64,000 bases of DNA from Vicugna vicugna (Eukaryota), in NCBI GenBank assembly GCA_013265495.1, contig MU058423.1, positions 5,748,745 through 5,812,744 on the forward strand, given 5' to 3'. The notes beneath the pieces are model-generated. The model saw only the letters and a program-made list of their open reading frames with translations, was not told the origin of the DNA and searched no databases. Positions within the stretch are counted from its first letter, which is position 1. Each line of letters opens with the position of its first letter. Shown one piece after another: positions 13,080 to 27,599 of this stretch. Both the position numbers and the translations under genes were made by a program.

Positions 13080-16000
13080 TTATACATAGTTTTGTCTATA
13101 GTTCTATTTCCAGTGATGTGATGGGTGGGCTAGTATTCAAGTGGTAACTCCACGAAAAACACCTTAAAATATTGGGGAAATATTGAAAAAGACAATCTGA
13201 ACAGTATCTGACTACTGGCAATATAGTCAAAAATTATCAGATCAAAATATACAAGGTATCCAGAACAGTAAACGGAACACTAAAATGACTTTTGAGAGTA
13301 TTTCATAAAGGTAAGTGAATTTGAGATCTGTGTTCACAAACCTGAGGAATTTGCAGGAAAGAAAATAATGCTCAGGTCCTGCTATATGTTGCAGATTCTA
13401 ATACAAGACACTCTCAGAAAGTACAGGAAATGAAAGTACTAACCACCATTTACCAGGGACCCAGAAATAAATCCAGGCCATGCCCTATTTCAGGATTTCA
13501 TGAAAAGTTACCTGGGTGCTAGTCAGAGCACAGTGAATAAAAACCAAGTAATTGTTTGAAACTTTATAACTACAAGTTGGCCACTTTGCAGACATACAGT
13601 TCAAATTATCCTCATGATCAATGAAACTCAAGTGATGCACTGAACAGCCTCGTGACAAGATGAAGAGATACAAAGGGTGAGGTTTCACACATCTAGTCAG
13701 AGTTCCAGAAGAAGGGGAGGGAGGGAGAGAGAGAGAGAATGGAGGCCAATATTTCAAATAGAGTATTTCAGATATTTGCGGAGATAACAGTTAAGAGTTT
13801 AACAGAATTTATTTAGGGACTATTATCTGGGTGATTAGGGTGCTTATATTTCTGGGTTGCCATTGCTTCTAGGACTTTTCAGTGAACAAAGCTTGAAATA
13901 TGTATTTTTTAGAAGAACTTGAAATTCAAGATTGTAAAATTTATTTGGCTACTTAGATTGTACAATTTTATCTCTTTTCCACTTGAAAACTTGATTCCTA
14001 ATGACATTTAAAGGAACTTACAGTTACTTATTCATTTTATCGCAACTTATTGATATCTGCCTACCCACACATGAATATTAATATTTCAATGTAGCCATAT
14101 TAATATTAGTTAAATAATGAGGTTAATATATGAAACTTAGATTTATTTGAAGGATTTTTTTTAACTGTAGGCTATACATTACTACGAAAGAGCCAAAATA
14201 TTATAGGTATAGTGCAAAAATATGATTCCTCTTAGTGGGATTATTCCATCAAGCTTATATATAGTTAGATAGGTTTCATGTCACTATTTTCAATTTTAAT
14301 AATTGCTATATTAGGTTATTTTATTTATTTTGCTTTTGAATTATGTAAAATTTATACATGATTCCAAATTCAAAAAATATAAAGCAGAATTTTTACTTGC
14401 ACTCATGTGCTTGTTTTTAATTTTTTCATATAACAAATAAAGATGAAATATAACATTTTATGTTCATGTCATTCTATCTTTGGACAGATTATTATAAATA
14501 GGATTAAAAAGATGACTGAATGTATAATTGGTTAGGTATTGCAAAAATCCCCTCCATAGAGTTGTACCATTTTTCATTCCCATTAGCACTGTTTGAGAAT
14601 GCATCATTTTTATAGGCTGGCCAACAGAATATGGTGTCATACATTTCATTTGTTGACAATTTGATAGCTGAGTAATGTTTTTTTCAGTATATTGTTTTGA
14701 AATCATTTATTACAAGGATTTTAAAATAGGTTTAAGCTTTTTTCTTTTACTTAAGGGTCATATTTATTTCCTTTTATGTGAAAATCAAACATGAATATCA
14801 TTAATGTTTCTATTAATTTGCTGATCACTTTCTTCTCAAGTTCTGGAAGTTTAAACAGAATTGTAAAGGAATTATCTTTAGGCTAAAGGAATGTTATTCT
14901 AGCTACGGAGTCTGAAATAAAAAAAAGAAAAGAAAATTAAAGAAAGAGATGCATGAACAAAGCAAGTAAACATTATTCAATTCATACTTAATAGTAATAA
15001 AATGTCATGCAATTAAATAAAATATAATTTTAAAACATGAAGACAACAAAAAAGTTGGAGTGGTAAATGCATGACATTGATCTAAGGTCTTTCTTATCTA
15101 AAAGGAAAGCAAAAAACTGAATTAAATTTATATGTTGGAATGTTAACAATGCTTAATATAAATTTTAGGTTAACCATTAAACAAACACAGAATGCATAAT
15201 TTCCAACTTAGTGGAAGGGATTATATAACTGGGTTCAATCCCTGGTACCTCCATTACAAAACAAACAGAAATCTTGCTTTAAAGTCCATATATATATATA
15301 TATATATTTGAACAAGTAAAAATTGATAATATTTACCACCCAAATGCCCTCACTGATGGAATTTTAAAGGTTATACTTCACAAGAAAATAAAATGATCTT
15401 AGCTGAAGACTTGAGGGAAGCAAGGAATAGAGAATAAATAAAAACAAACATCTGTTTATAAAACAGGAATGACAGTGTCAAATTTCTTGACATTAAAAAT
15501 TCAGGAAAAACTAAAATATACAATAGGTTGTGAACTAAAAAAAGCATCATTAAAACTATATTGAAATGCATTCATATTGATGAATTTTACATTTAAATTA
15601 AAAAATAAGGGTTCAAACTTAAGATATAAAATATAAGATACCAATAAGTGATTGGCAAAATTGTATCTGTCAAATATAAAGAAAAATAATCTTGAAAAAG
15701 CAAAAGTAATGTCAAGACAAAGGAGTTTAATATTAAGATAGTTAAATAAAGGGAAAAGTGTGTTATGATGAAAGGCACACTTTCATAAGAAATAAACTTG
15801 TATGAACAAACAATATAGCAGATAAATAATGCAGAAGCAATAAGCATGAAAGAACAGATAAAAAATGAAATTATAAAGATATATCAATACATTAAATTTG
15901 TAATCATACACATCCATGACAAAATAGAACTATGGATATAGATTAATTGATTAATATAACCAACATATTAAGTTATTTATGTGTTTACTCAAATTCTATA
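13080..16000. mobile_element. Mosaic of ancient L1 fragments in both orientations
   Basis: 5'-end-like part ~13.1-13.75 kb (+), L1ME-like 3' part ~13.8-14.8 kb (-; ccatagagttgtaccatttttcattcccattagca), and A-rich ORF2-start-like part ~14.85-16.0 kb (+). Confidence 0.5.
15229..15270 (+). mobile_element. 5'-truncated Vic-1-type SINE fragment
   Basis: ctgggttcaatccctggtacctccatta plus an A-rich tail matches the B-box end of the SINE at 54.1 kb. Confidence 0.6.
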
Positions 16001-16753
16001 GCTGTTTCAAGAAGTATTTTTCCCCAGTCCAATCTTCTGCTTCAAATCTCTACTATACAACTCAGATACATAAATTAATTACAAAGTTGCAAAAAACGAG
16101 TATCTTGGACATAGATTTGAATTGTGTTATTAACACACCATATTGTCCCTCCAGCAGTTAAAATGTGTATTTTAGTTGTTTTCTTTGCTTTGATCTTATA
16201 TTTAAGTACCTATCTCATTACTTTTTCTTTTTACATTAATTGGATACCTGTCTAAAATAAATTCTTAACTAGATTTTAACAAGATACATATGTTAAAAAA
16301 TTGAGCATTTTCAAATGTAATTTACCTTTTTTTAACCTGTTTTATATTAATTTAATTCTTCTATGATTCTCTTCTAAATTCCATCAATATGTGTCTGTAG
16401 CAATATGCTTATTAAATGTTTCCTTGTTCACTAGTCTTCACGGTGTCTTGAATCAATGTAAAATAAATTCTGATGCTCATAGTTAAAAGCATTTACTTTG
16501 TATTAAATTGATCATTCCCTGTGCCCCCCAAAAAGAACACATTTTTATTAAAATATTTATTATATTTGCTGTTTTATTAAGAGTTAATATGAGAAGAATA
16601 TGGTTATGGTGAAGGGCTAGTGTTTAGCATGCAAGGAGTTTAGTGGTAAAAACACAAGCAAAAGAAATAAAGCTTCACCTGGCTAATTTTATATATATAT
16701 ATAAATACTTTTGGCCCACATATATATAGGCCAAGAGTACTATGGGCCAAGAG

Positions 16754-16799
16754 TTTGCAGACTATTATGGTAACTATTTGCAGACTATTATGGTAACTA
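16754..16799. repeat. Perfect 23-bp tandem duplication
   Basis: tttgcagactattatggtaacta x2 (16754-16776, 16777-16799). Confidence 0.95.
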
Positions 16800-16990
16800 T
16801 GAAGGAAGTTAACAATTAAGAAAGAAAGAAAAAAAGGCATAAAGGTATATACTTAGTGATTACTGGACTTCTTTGGAAAGGGAACAAATAGAACTGGAGA
16901 CAATGACAGGCTCAAAGAACACATGAGAAAACTTTTAGTCTTGTTTTGTACATATTGTTTCCTTCTGTACTTCTACTGTATGTAAAATTT

Positions 16991-17080
16991 AAGGAAGGAA
17001 GGAAGGAAGAGAGGAAGGAAGGAAGGAAAGAAAGAAAGGAAAGAAGAGAAAGAAAAGAAACAAAGGGGGAAAGAAAGAAA
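16991..17080. repeat. GA-rich (GGAA/GAAA) low-complexity tract
   Basis: Read directly from the sequence. Confidence 0.9.
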
Positions 17081-19834
17081 CCTGGCCATTTATTCTTTAG
17101 ATATATAGCTAGTATCTCCTTGGAGCCAGACATCATACGGAACTCCACTTAGGACACAAAAGACACCTAGAGGCAGTTGTTCCCTTTCAAATGCTCTTAA
17201 TCCAGTATCTATAGCTTTCTAACAGTAAAGATGGTCTCAAACAGATACAAATCAACTCCTAACTCTAAATATATACAAGGTATCCCTGTAACAAATTATA
17301 TATATGATACATGCATATATATAACATCACATATAAGCATACATGTAGATACATACTCAGACATACTTGTATGTATACATATGTATGTTTTTTAAAAGAT
17401 ATATATCCCCTAAAGTTTCTTCAGAACATTGTATTCCTTTAGTATGATTATCTTGGAAAAGACTTCCAGGCTCTAATAAAATAACCAGGGAATTCCCAGG
17501 ACAACTCCAGTATAACTTTCAATCTAAGCGGTAAGAGATTCTAAACCACACTTTTCCTAGGATTTCTGGTACTAGGATTTTCATTACTTAAGAACAAACT
17601 GATAAGACAGCCACCATAGCTTTTTCAGAATTGCCTTGAATGTACAAAGAGCCCTTAGATCTATTCACTAAATTATTTAACTATAACTTATTTGTGCCTA
17701 CTATGTATCATGTTCTTGGTGAAGAGCTGGTATGCCTAACTGAACAGTACAACAAACTTGACTTCTATCAACATACACACTAGAGTCTAATGGACTCAAA
17801 GTCTATTTTTCCTGAGACTCAGGTGTCATAGCACGGGTAATTTGCTCTAGAGCAAAAATCCATCTACTTCTTCCACTTTTAAGCACTTCTGGCATTATAT
17901 ACAAAAGAACTCAATAATAAGAGACCTTGTTGCATATAATCTGTTACTGCCAATATCTTCTTCTAGAGAAAAGTGTAAAATTGATACCAGAAACATTTCT
18001 AAAATTTTATACATTTGCTATTTTTAAGCTTTATTGATTATTCTATTTTCAAGATTGTAAAATGACCTGAACCTTTCTTTCAAAAGATTGAAAATAAAAA
18101 AGCAACTATAGATATCTCATTTATTTTCATTTAAAAGTATCTTTTCTTCAACTTAAAATCCCCTTTCTTTGTGCTCTATTAGCTAAACACACACACAAAC
18201 ACACAAGTACAACTATTTTGAAGCAATATCTGTGTGTGTGTTTTGTAATAATGAGAGCAATTTAACTGTTCACAGTAATGAATGAAAATGTTTAATTCTT
18301 ATAAAATTGTATTTACTCCAAAAGCAAGTCCTTTTCTTTTACATTATAACTCTTTGACCCAGGGAATGTCATTTAACCATTATTACTCAATAATATTAGT
18401 AATTTATCCTTTGACTTTTAAAATCATATTAATAAAATAATTATTTATTAACTCATAAAAGTATTTTGAGTACCATGAAGTTTCAAATAATATAGCTTTA
18501 CTGGAAAGAACACACATTTTAAAGACAAAAATCCCAGTCCAAAGAGGTATTTTGATATTTGATACACAATCAATAGCAAGTAAAGTTACCTGGATGTTTA
18601 TACATTTTTAAAATAACATTTTAAGTGGAAACATTGCAGAAACTTGCAGAAGCATTTTCCTTATTTCTCATTTTAAGAGTTTTGATATTTTGCTATCTAG
18701 AGGTGGATGTTCAATTAATGATTATTATTCAATCAATATGTTCTTCATACAACCGCACACAAAAACTCACTTTTCCTATTTCCTATCATATGAATCCAGG
18801 TATGAATTTCTTTAGCTGGAAATAATTTCACAAAGCACCAGAAAATTGTTTAAGATCATTTAATGTTACATTAAGATTGGACCACATATCTAAATAAGAT
18901 GCTGGTGGAAATTAATTTGATCCAATTTTTACATGCTATTAATTAAGTAAATAAAGCACCACAGCAGAGTCTTTTATACATTGTGTATTGCTGTCTATTG
19001 TGCTGCACAAAATTTAAGTTGTGGATTCCATCCATTTTCTTTCATTATTTAAGAATTCAAGGATGTCATAAAAATAAGTATGCCACTCTTTCTAATTAAA
19101 AACTATGCACATTTCATTAAGATATTCTTATGATTTAATCTGTGACACTCTTAACTGAAAAGGAAAGGTCATGCAGATGACACAGCACACTTAAACACTA
19201 TTCACTGTGGATTTGCCCACATTAATCATGTTCAAGAAGACATTCTATAACATTAGTTGTTATGGCAGTTTGAGAATAATAGAAAAGGTAAGCTATTGGG
19301 CCTGCCTATCTCTGGAGAAAAATTGTTTTATTCCAATAAGAAGCATAAACACAAAATGATACTGACTTTCTACCTGCAGTAATCCCACTCCCACATCATA
19401 GCAGGGCCTCTCTGTTGGGGGAAGGATTAGATTATCTTATTAGTGCACTTATTATCTTTTCCACATTCAGTTCACCAATCGGTAAAAAGTTGTTCACTGA
19501 GACTAACTGCACTTAAAAAACACAAATAGAAATATGTTCTAGCTAATCAATCTACCTACCTATTTTTCCTCCTTATTTCATCTTTTCCTTCCTTCTCTCT
19601 CTCTCTCTCATACACACACACACACACACACACCCCACAACTGCCTGAAGGTCCTTCTCTGGTACTGTGTAATCATGGGGTTGTTTCAGTTATCTAGTCT
19701 TGCTCTGCAACATAACCCATTCTTTTTCTATCTGTGAAATCTATTCTCTCTGCACTTGTCTCTTTTACTTAAGGGCATCAAAACTTCCCCTTTTTAGGTA
19801 CACAGATCTTGTCTATTTCTCTGCTGAACTGTCA

Positions 19835-19870
19835 GCACTGCTGGTGTAGTGGTATCATGCAAGATCCCCC
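19835..19870 (+). pseudogene. Tailless retropseudogene of the tRNA-Gly(CCC) 5' half
   Basis: gcactgctggtgtagtggtatcatgcaagatccccc matches the recalled 5' half GCGCCGCTGGTGTAGTGGTATCATGCAAGATTCCC, with CpG decay. Flanked by a 16-bp repeat atttctctg(c/t)tgaact at 19815-19830 and 19876-19891. Confidence 0.85.
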
Positions 19871-21029
19871 ACCCCATTTCTCTGTTGAACTAAAAAAAAA
19901 GAAAACTAAAATATTAAGTCACATAATACCTTGAGAAACAAAAGTATCTCTAAACAGAATAAAGTGAATAAAATTTGATGAATATAAGATTTGGGAAACT
20001 CAAAAACTGACAGGTTAGAGAACTGTACAGCTAACAATGTTAAGATAGATTTCACGTCAATAGGGTAAAGATTAAATGACTTTATGAATAATAGTTACTC
20101 TGGAAATGGTTAATAGAACTGCGTTAAGTAAAGTCAGAAAGGACTGTTAAGCCTAACTCATTAGAGTAATAGGACAAATTATCCTGGTATTTGTTAGATC
20201 AAAGAATAGAGAACACGGTTGATGATTAAAATATTATAGTACAGGATTTCATTATATTAATTGAATATGGTAGTAGACTTATGGCAAAAATAATTCTACA
20301 ATAAAATCTTGAAGGCTTCTAAAATAATTTTTTTTTCTCCTATCTTTCCACGTTTGCCTCTTTAGATCTCTTCTCACAGGCAGATTGTGTCTGCATGGAG
20401 TTTATGATTTGCCAGTCATTATTTTTGATCAAGTTTTGTTAGTCTTTAGAGAAAATGATTTAATTTGGTCATTTTCATGTTCAGATGAACATAAATAGGA
20501 TTGGCTTACATTCAACTAATTTAAATAGAAGTTGTGAAAAATCTGTGGAAGAGGAGAACTGTTTTCCAAGCAAAAAAAAAAAAAAATTAGAACATATTTG
20601 TGACACCTGGCAGCTTTTTTTTTCATCTAAATTTATAGATCTAAATCTGAGTATTAGGCAGACTTTCATTATTTCACATCCAGCTATGCTTCAAAGATTT
20701 GGAACCAATTCTGTATAGTGTGGATCTGAAGGAAAAATGATCCCTGAGATGTAAGATACAGCAATGACGGTCAATTTAGATTTATAAAACAAACAGAACA
20801 ATAAACATCACAAAGCAGTATAATGTAAATAAAATTAATAATCTCTGCTAATTTTTCAAACACAAAAATTTTACATACATAGATTTAAAGTGAAAATATA
20901 CAAACAAACTAAAATATACCAGAAAGTTTTGATATATGAGCTGGTGACTGTGAGCCTGATCATTTGCATACAGACAATTAAGAATTGATTGGTTGGTAAA
21001 TTTTACAAAATACTGGAAAATCACAAGAT

Positions 21030-21230
21030 TTAGAGCTTTGCAGAGACCTGTATTTCAAATTCACTGTCATCACTTACTACCTATACAACTTCAAGCTCTT
21101 TGCATCAATTACCTTAACTATCAAAAACCACATCAAAAGTATACCTACCTCATGAAATAGTTGAATGGGTTAATTAATCTACAATGCATGGAAGCCTATT
21201 ATAATTCCTAAAGCATGGTATAGTTCTATC
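21030..21230 (+). mobile_element. MIR SINE
   Basis: tcaaattcactgtcatcacttactacct...tacctacctcatgaaatagttgaatgggttaa. Confidence 0.6.
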
Positions 21231-21419
21231 TGTGCTTAAATATGCTTTTCATGCTTCCTCTACTTTTACCACACAATTACACGTCCCCATGAGAATAGGT
21301 TTATGTCTCTCTTCCTGTACAGAACTACAGAGTAAAATTAATGTACTATTTATTTATTATTTATATGTATTTTTGTATACATCTATATCTTTAAATTCAC
21401 GTTATTTTTAGCTGTTATA

Positions 21420-23321
21420 AACATATATTCATATGTATACACACACATGCATTCACACACACATATATAGTCATTATAAGTTGAAAAGGTCAATTGTAAT
21501 CCCTAACACAACCACTAATAAAATATCCAAAAAATATCCAAAAAATGTGAATTTTAAAAGAACAAAAATCGCACACTGCAAAAACATTAAACACAAAAAG
21601 GGAGTAACAGAATTTGAGAATCAAAAAAAAAGTACAACATTTAGAAAACAACTAGAAAAATGGCAGAAGTAAATCCTTCCTTTTGTGTAATTACTTTAAA
21701 TATAAATGGACTAAATGCTCTAATCACAAAACATAGACAGAATGGATTTTAAAAGAACATTATCCTTCTACATGCTGTTGATAAGAGTCTAACTTTAGAT
21801 ACTTACAAGGTGAAAGAAAAGATGGGGAAAAAAAACCTTTTCATGTGAATAGTAACAAAAAGAGACCTGGGATGGTATACTAATATAAGACAGAATAGAA
21901 TTTAAGTCAAAAATTACTATAAGCTCTAAAGAAGGACATTATACCTAGAGAGACGGCCAATACATTAGAAGACATAACAATTATCAACACACACACCTAC
22001 CAATAAAGTCCCAAAATATATGAAGCAAAAATTGAAAGGATTGAAGAGAGAAATAGACAGTTCTATAATAATTGTTGGAAACGTTTACACCTCATTCTCA
22101 GTAATGGACAGAATAAGAAGAGCAATGAGAAAACAGAATATTTAAGTAACACTTTAAGCCAACTAGGCCTAGCAGATATATGTAGAATGCTTACTCAAGT
22201 ATATACATTATCCTGTCTGCACATGGAACAATCTGCAAGTTAGATCATCTATTAGCTCACCGAGCAAGTCTCAGTGAATTTAAAAAGATTTAAATCATAC
22301 AAAGTATCTTTTCTGACTGCAGCAGAATAAAACCAGAAATCAAGAGCAGAAGAAGTAGAAAATTTACAATTATGTACAAATAACATATCATGATTAAACA
22401 ATCAACGGGTCAAAGAAAAAATTGAAAGAAAAATTAGAAAACACTTTGAGATAAATGAAAATGAAGATACAATATGCCAAATGTTTGAAATACAGTAATG
22501 GCCGTGCTCAGCGAAATTTATAGCAGTAAAAGCCTAACTTTGAAAAGAATAAAGATTTCATATTGATAACCTAACTTTAAACCATAATTAAGTAGAAAGA
22601 GAAAACCAAACTAAACCCAAGGTGAATGGAAAAAAGGAAATCATAAAGATTAGAGCAGAGATAAATAAAATAGAGTACAGAAAAACAATAGAATCAATGA
22701 AATAAAAATATGGCCCTTTGAAAAGATTTAAAAAATGGACAAATTTAGGCAGATTGATTTAAGAAAAGAGGGAATACTCAAATTACTAAAATCAAGAATA
22801 GAAGTGCAAACACTACTACTACAAATATAAATAAATAGGATTATAAGAGACTACGATCAATTGGATGACAACAGATTAAATAACTTAGATGAAATTAACA
22901 TACTCCTAGAAAAACACATTACCAAACTGACTCAAGAAAAATAGAAAATCTTAACAGACCTACACAAGTTAAAACATCTATACTCAAAAACCAACAAATA
23001 AAAATTCATATTCACATAGGTGCACTAGTAAATTCTACCAATCACTTAAAAAAAATTAATAGTGATCCTTTTCAAATTCTTCCAAAAAATAGAAGAGGAA
23101 GGATCACTTCAAATTCATTCTATAAAGCCAGCATTGCCTTGATAACAAAACTGAACAAAATTCTAAGAAAATAAACTATAAACCAATTCCCTTTATAAAT
23201 ATACAAACAAAAATCCTCAACAAAATATGAACCAATTGATACAGCATTATATTAAAAGGATTATATACCATGACCAAACCAAATGGGATTTATCCCAGGA
23301 ATAGAAGGATGGTTCAACATA

Positions 23322-23366
<45 letters not shown>

Positions 23367-25650
23367 AAAAAAACAAAAAAACAATATAACATAGCAAATA
23401 AAAAGAATAAAGGGGAAAAAAAACCCTACACATGATTATCTCAAGTTATGTAGAAAACACATTTGGAAAAATTCAACACCATTTCTTGTTAAAAATCTTT
23501 AACAAACTAAGAATTAAAGAAAATCCCCTCAACTCAATAATATACATTATGAAAAACACACACCTCATATCTTAGTCAATTGTGCAACACTGAATATCTT
23601 AAGATCAATAAGGTAACAAGAATATTCAGTGGGATATTTCTATTCAATCTTGTACTGGAAGTCCTAGTTTGAGCAACTAAGCAAGAAAAAGAAATAAAAA
23701 GCATCCAAATTGGATTGTAAAAGATAAAGATAAATATCCCCATTTGCAGGTGATGTAATTTTATATATAGAAAAACCTAAATAATCCACACACACACAAA
23801 TATTTAAAGATAAAAATTTCAGCAAAGTTCAGGCTACAACATAAACACACAAAATTTAGTTGTGTTTCTATTAAAACAGCAATAACAATTCAAAAGGGAT
23901 ATCAAGAAATAAATACCATTTATAATAGAATCCAAAAGAATAAAATACTTCGGAAAAATTTTAACAAAGTGCAAAATTTAAACTCTGAAAAATACAAACA
24001 CTGATGAAAGACAGTGAAGGAGATCTAAACAAATGGAAAGACATTCCGTATTCATGGATCAGAAGACTTGAAATTGTCAAGATGGCAATATGACCTGAAC
24101 TGATCTAAATATATACATTCAGCACAATCTGTATCAGAATCTCTACTGCCTTCTTTGTAGAAGATGGCATACTAGTCCCAAAATTTGGAAGCTCAAAAGA
24201 AAAAAAAGAAAAATAGCAAAAACAATTTTGGAAAAGAAGAACAAATTAGGAGGACTTAAATTTCCTGATTCCAAAAGTTACTACAAAGTTACAGTAATTA
24301 AAACAATGTGGTACAAGCATATGGATAATATGCAGATCAATGAGATAGAAATAAATCCATTTATGTATGGTCAACTAATTTTGACAAGGGTACTAAGACC
24401 ACTCAACTGAGACAGAATAATCTTTTCAACACATGGTGCTGAGACAACTGGATATTCACGTAAAAAGAATGAAGTTGACACCTTCCCTCATACCAGGTAC
24501 AAAAATTTCTTCGAAGTGGATCAAAAACCTAAATGTAAAATCTCAAACTATAAAATTCTTAAAAGAAAACCTACAGCTAAGTATTTGTGACCTTGAATTT
24601 GACAATGGATTTTTAGATATGAAAACAATAACACAAGCCAGAAAAAAAAATTGTAGTTCATCAAAGTTAAAAACTTTTGTGAATCAAAAGACATTATCAA
24701 AAAAGAAAGATAACCTAAAGAACAGCAGAAAATATTTGCAAATTATATAAATGATAAGAACATATGAAAGAACTCTTGTAAAAACATAACTTGATTAAAA
24801 ACATACAAAGTTTACATATAAACATTTCTCCAAAAAGATATACAAATGGCTACTGAGCACATGAGATATGCATCAATATCATTAGTTGTCAAGGGAATGC
24901 AAATCAAAACCACAGTTACATTCCACTTTACACTCAGTAGCATGATGATAATCAAAATGTCAACTAATAAATATTGACAAGGATGTGGATGTGGTAAAAT
25001 CAGAACCCTCATAGAGTTTTGGTGGGAATGCAAAATGATACAGCCACTTTGGAAAACAATCTAAAAGTTACTTAAATTTTAAACACAGTGTTACCATTTG
25101 ACCCAACAATTTCATTACTAGGTGTAAATACCCAAGAACAATGAAAGTACATTGGCTTATGATAACTTGCACACGAATGTTAAGAGCAGCATTATCCATA
25201 ATAGCCAAAGTGGGATCAACCCAAATGTTCAACTGGTGAATGGATAAATACAATTGTGGTGCACCTACAATACAATAGTATCATTTGTCCATAAAAATAT
25301 CAAAGTCCTGATACATGTTACAACTTGCATGAACCTTGAAAACATGTTAAGTAAAAGAAGCCCGTCACACAAGATCCTATATTATTTCTTTTATGTAAAA
25401 TGACAAGAATAGGAAAATCTATAAAGTAGATTAGTGTTTACTTAGGACCCAGGAAGACTGAGGCATTAAGAGGTGATAACTAATGAGCATGGGCATTCAT
25501 TTTTAGGAGATAAAAAAGTTCTAAATTTGATTGTGTTGATAGTTTCACAACTTTGTAAACATATTAAATATCATTGAATTGTACACTTTATGTGAATTGT
25601 CTGGTATGTGAATTTGTGAATTGTATCTCAGTAAAGCTATTTACAAAAAA
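21420..25650 (+). mobile_element. Old L1 (L1MB/MC-like): decayed ORF2 plus 3' UTR
   Basis: ORF2 peptides KKNKLGGLKFPDSKSYYKVTVIKTMWY and KISSKWIKNLNVKSQTIKFLKEN, many stops and frameshifts, and a 3' end tgaattgtatctcagtaaagct with A tail. Confidence 0.92.
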
Positions 25651-26560
25651 ATTAGTTATCCATATATGTGTCACTCTATTTCTAGACTTTCTAATCTTAT
25701 TTCGTTGATTCATTTGTCTATGTTGATGTAAAAACACACCATCATAATTTTATAGATTTATAGAAAGTTTTGAGATCAGGTTTGCCTTTTGAGTTTGTTC
25801 TTATTTTTTGAAAGTTATTTTGGCAATTCTAGGTCCTTGGAATTTCTGAATGAATTAAACCACATGTCAATTTCTATAAAAAGCCTGCTGAGATTTTAAT
25901 GGTTATTTTATTTATCATTTATTTTAGATATATTTGACCTCATCATAATGTTAAAACTCCTGAGACATGACCAAGGTACCCACCTTTTATTTAAGCCTTC
26001 TTTAATTGCTTAACAGCAATCAGCAATATTTTTAGTTCTCAGTTTGCAGGTCTCACACATTTTCATTAAGACTTATGGTATATCTGATATTATAATAGGT
26101 GTTATTTGTATTTTAATTTCAGATTTTTTAAATTTCAGATGATTTTTTTATATTGGCATTACACCCTGCAAACTTCCTGTATTCATATATTAGTTCTAGT
26201 AACATTTTTGTATATCCATCAGATCTTCTACATAGATTATCCTGTTGCCTGCAAATTAAGATAGTTTTACTTCTCGCTTTCCAATCTGGATACTTTTTTT
26301 CATATATTATTACACTTATTAAAACCTCCAGCACAATGTTAAACAGAAGTTGTGAGAGTGGGTATACCTGTCTTTTTCCTCATTTTAAGGGGAAAACATG
26401 GTCATTTCCTCTTAATTATGATGCTGGCTATAGAGTCGAGGTAGATGCTTATATCAGGCTGAAGAAACCCTTTCTCCTAGCTTGTTGAAAGTTTTTCTCA
26501 TCAAAAGTGAATTCTGGATTTTGTTCAATTTCTCTCAGATATATTGAGATGATTGACACT
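25651..26560 (-). mobile_element. Ancient L1 ORF2 fragment, antisense
   Basis: Minus-strand LEVLISVI...ILI remnant, and aaaacctccagcacaatgttaaacagaagttgtgagagtggg typical of antisense L1. Confidence 0.8.
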
Positions 26561-27599
26561 GGCTATGACTAATCAGAAGCAACCTCCAGCTGGATATGGG
26601 AGCGTCTTCACCTCAATCACAGATTAGAGGACAGAGCACCTGAAACAAATTAATGGAAGTGATGGATTTGGGGTAGAAACAAAAAGTAACCATTCACCTG
26701 TCTTTCAGGTGAAGCCACTTTTTCCTATCACCCAAAACTTGTCATCAGCCAAGACTGAAGTGCTCAAAGTGCATTCTTTTAGGCTTCTCTGGCTTTGCAT
26801 ATTGTTTAGTGTTTATAATTTATTTACACACCCCCAATATCAGTATGTGCATGATGCACTTCCAACCATACTTTGTCTCAAAAATTAATTAGGAAATGTT
26901 TTACACAGGGAGGTAGTAACTTCCTTTTCGGGCTTCTACATGGAAACACAAATGGAGTTTTGTATTTTTTTAATACAGAACATTCATAGTATAATATGGA
27001 TAGTATTTTGGGAATTGAGGACTTCACATCACAGCACCAACGGAGCTATGTAATATTTTTCAAAGTGTTTAGAAATTTTCTATTTCACTGAGACACACAT
27101 TCTGCTAGGTCACTCAGAACAACATTTTGGATTAATATATTCATTACATGTTACTTCCACATAATCTAATTTGTCAGAATATAAACATCTCCTCTTGGTT
27201 TAAATGTTGAATAAAATATGGTCATCAGAGTAATGATAAAGACTGCAGAGTTTACCAGAGTGTAATCAGCCTACCTTCAGTCATTAGATCTACATTCTCC
27301 TTTATTTAATATTGTTACAAACTATCCTAAATGAGGGAATAAATAGTGTAATAATGTGATGCTTATATAACTTTAAAATACAGAGTTTCTAGGGAAAATA
27401 AACAAAATCACAATCAAATATGAGATAAAGTCATGGATTTCAGATACTGTCATTGTGACTAATCCATGGATATTTGAAATGATGACATATAAAGACCAAG
27501 ATTAATTAAAACATTTCATGAAGAATAGTGATACAGCATAGTCAACAAAAGAAACAAAATCTATAAATATAATAGTAAATTCAAAATGAAGAGACATCC

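Noticed and set aside
18590..18815. Minus-strand acceptor and donor pair as a possible second exon
   Set aside because: No convincing reading frame; such motifs are common by chance, as are the isolated plus-strand acceptors near 888, 20379 and 49638.
27030..27050. REST/RE1-like cagcaccaacggagc
   Set aside because: Only the left half-site matches; spacing and the right half are wrong.
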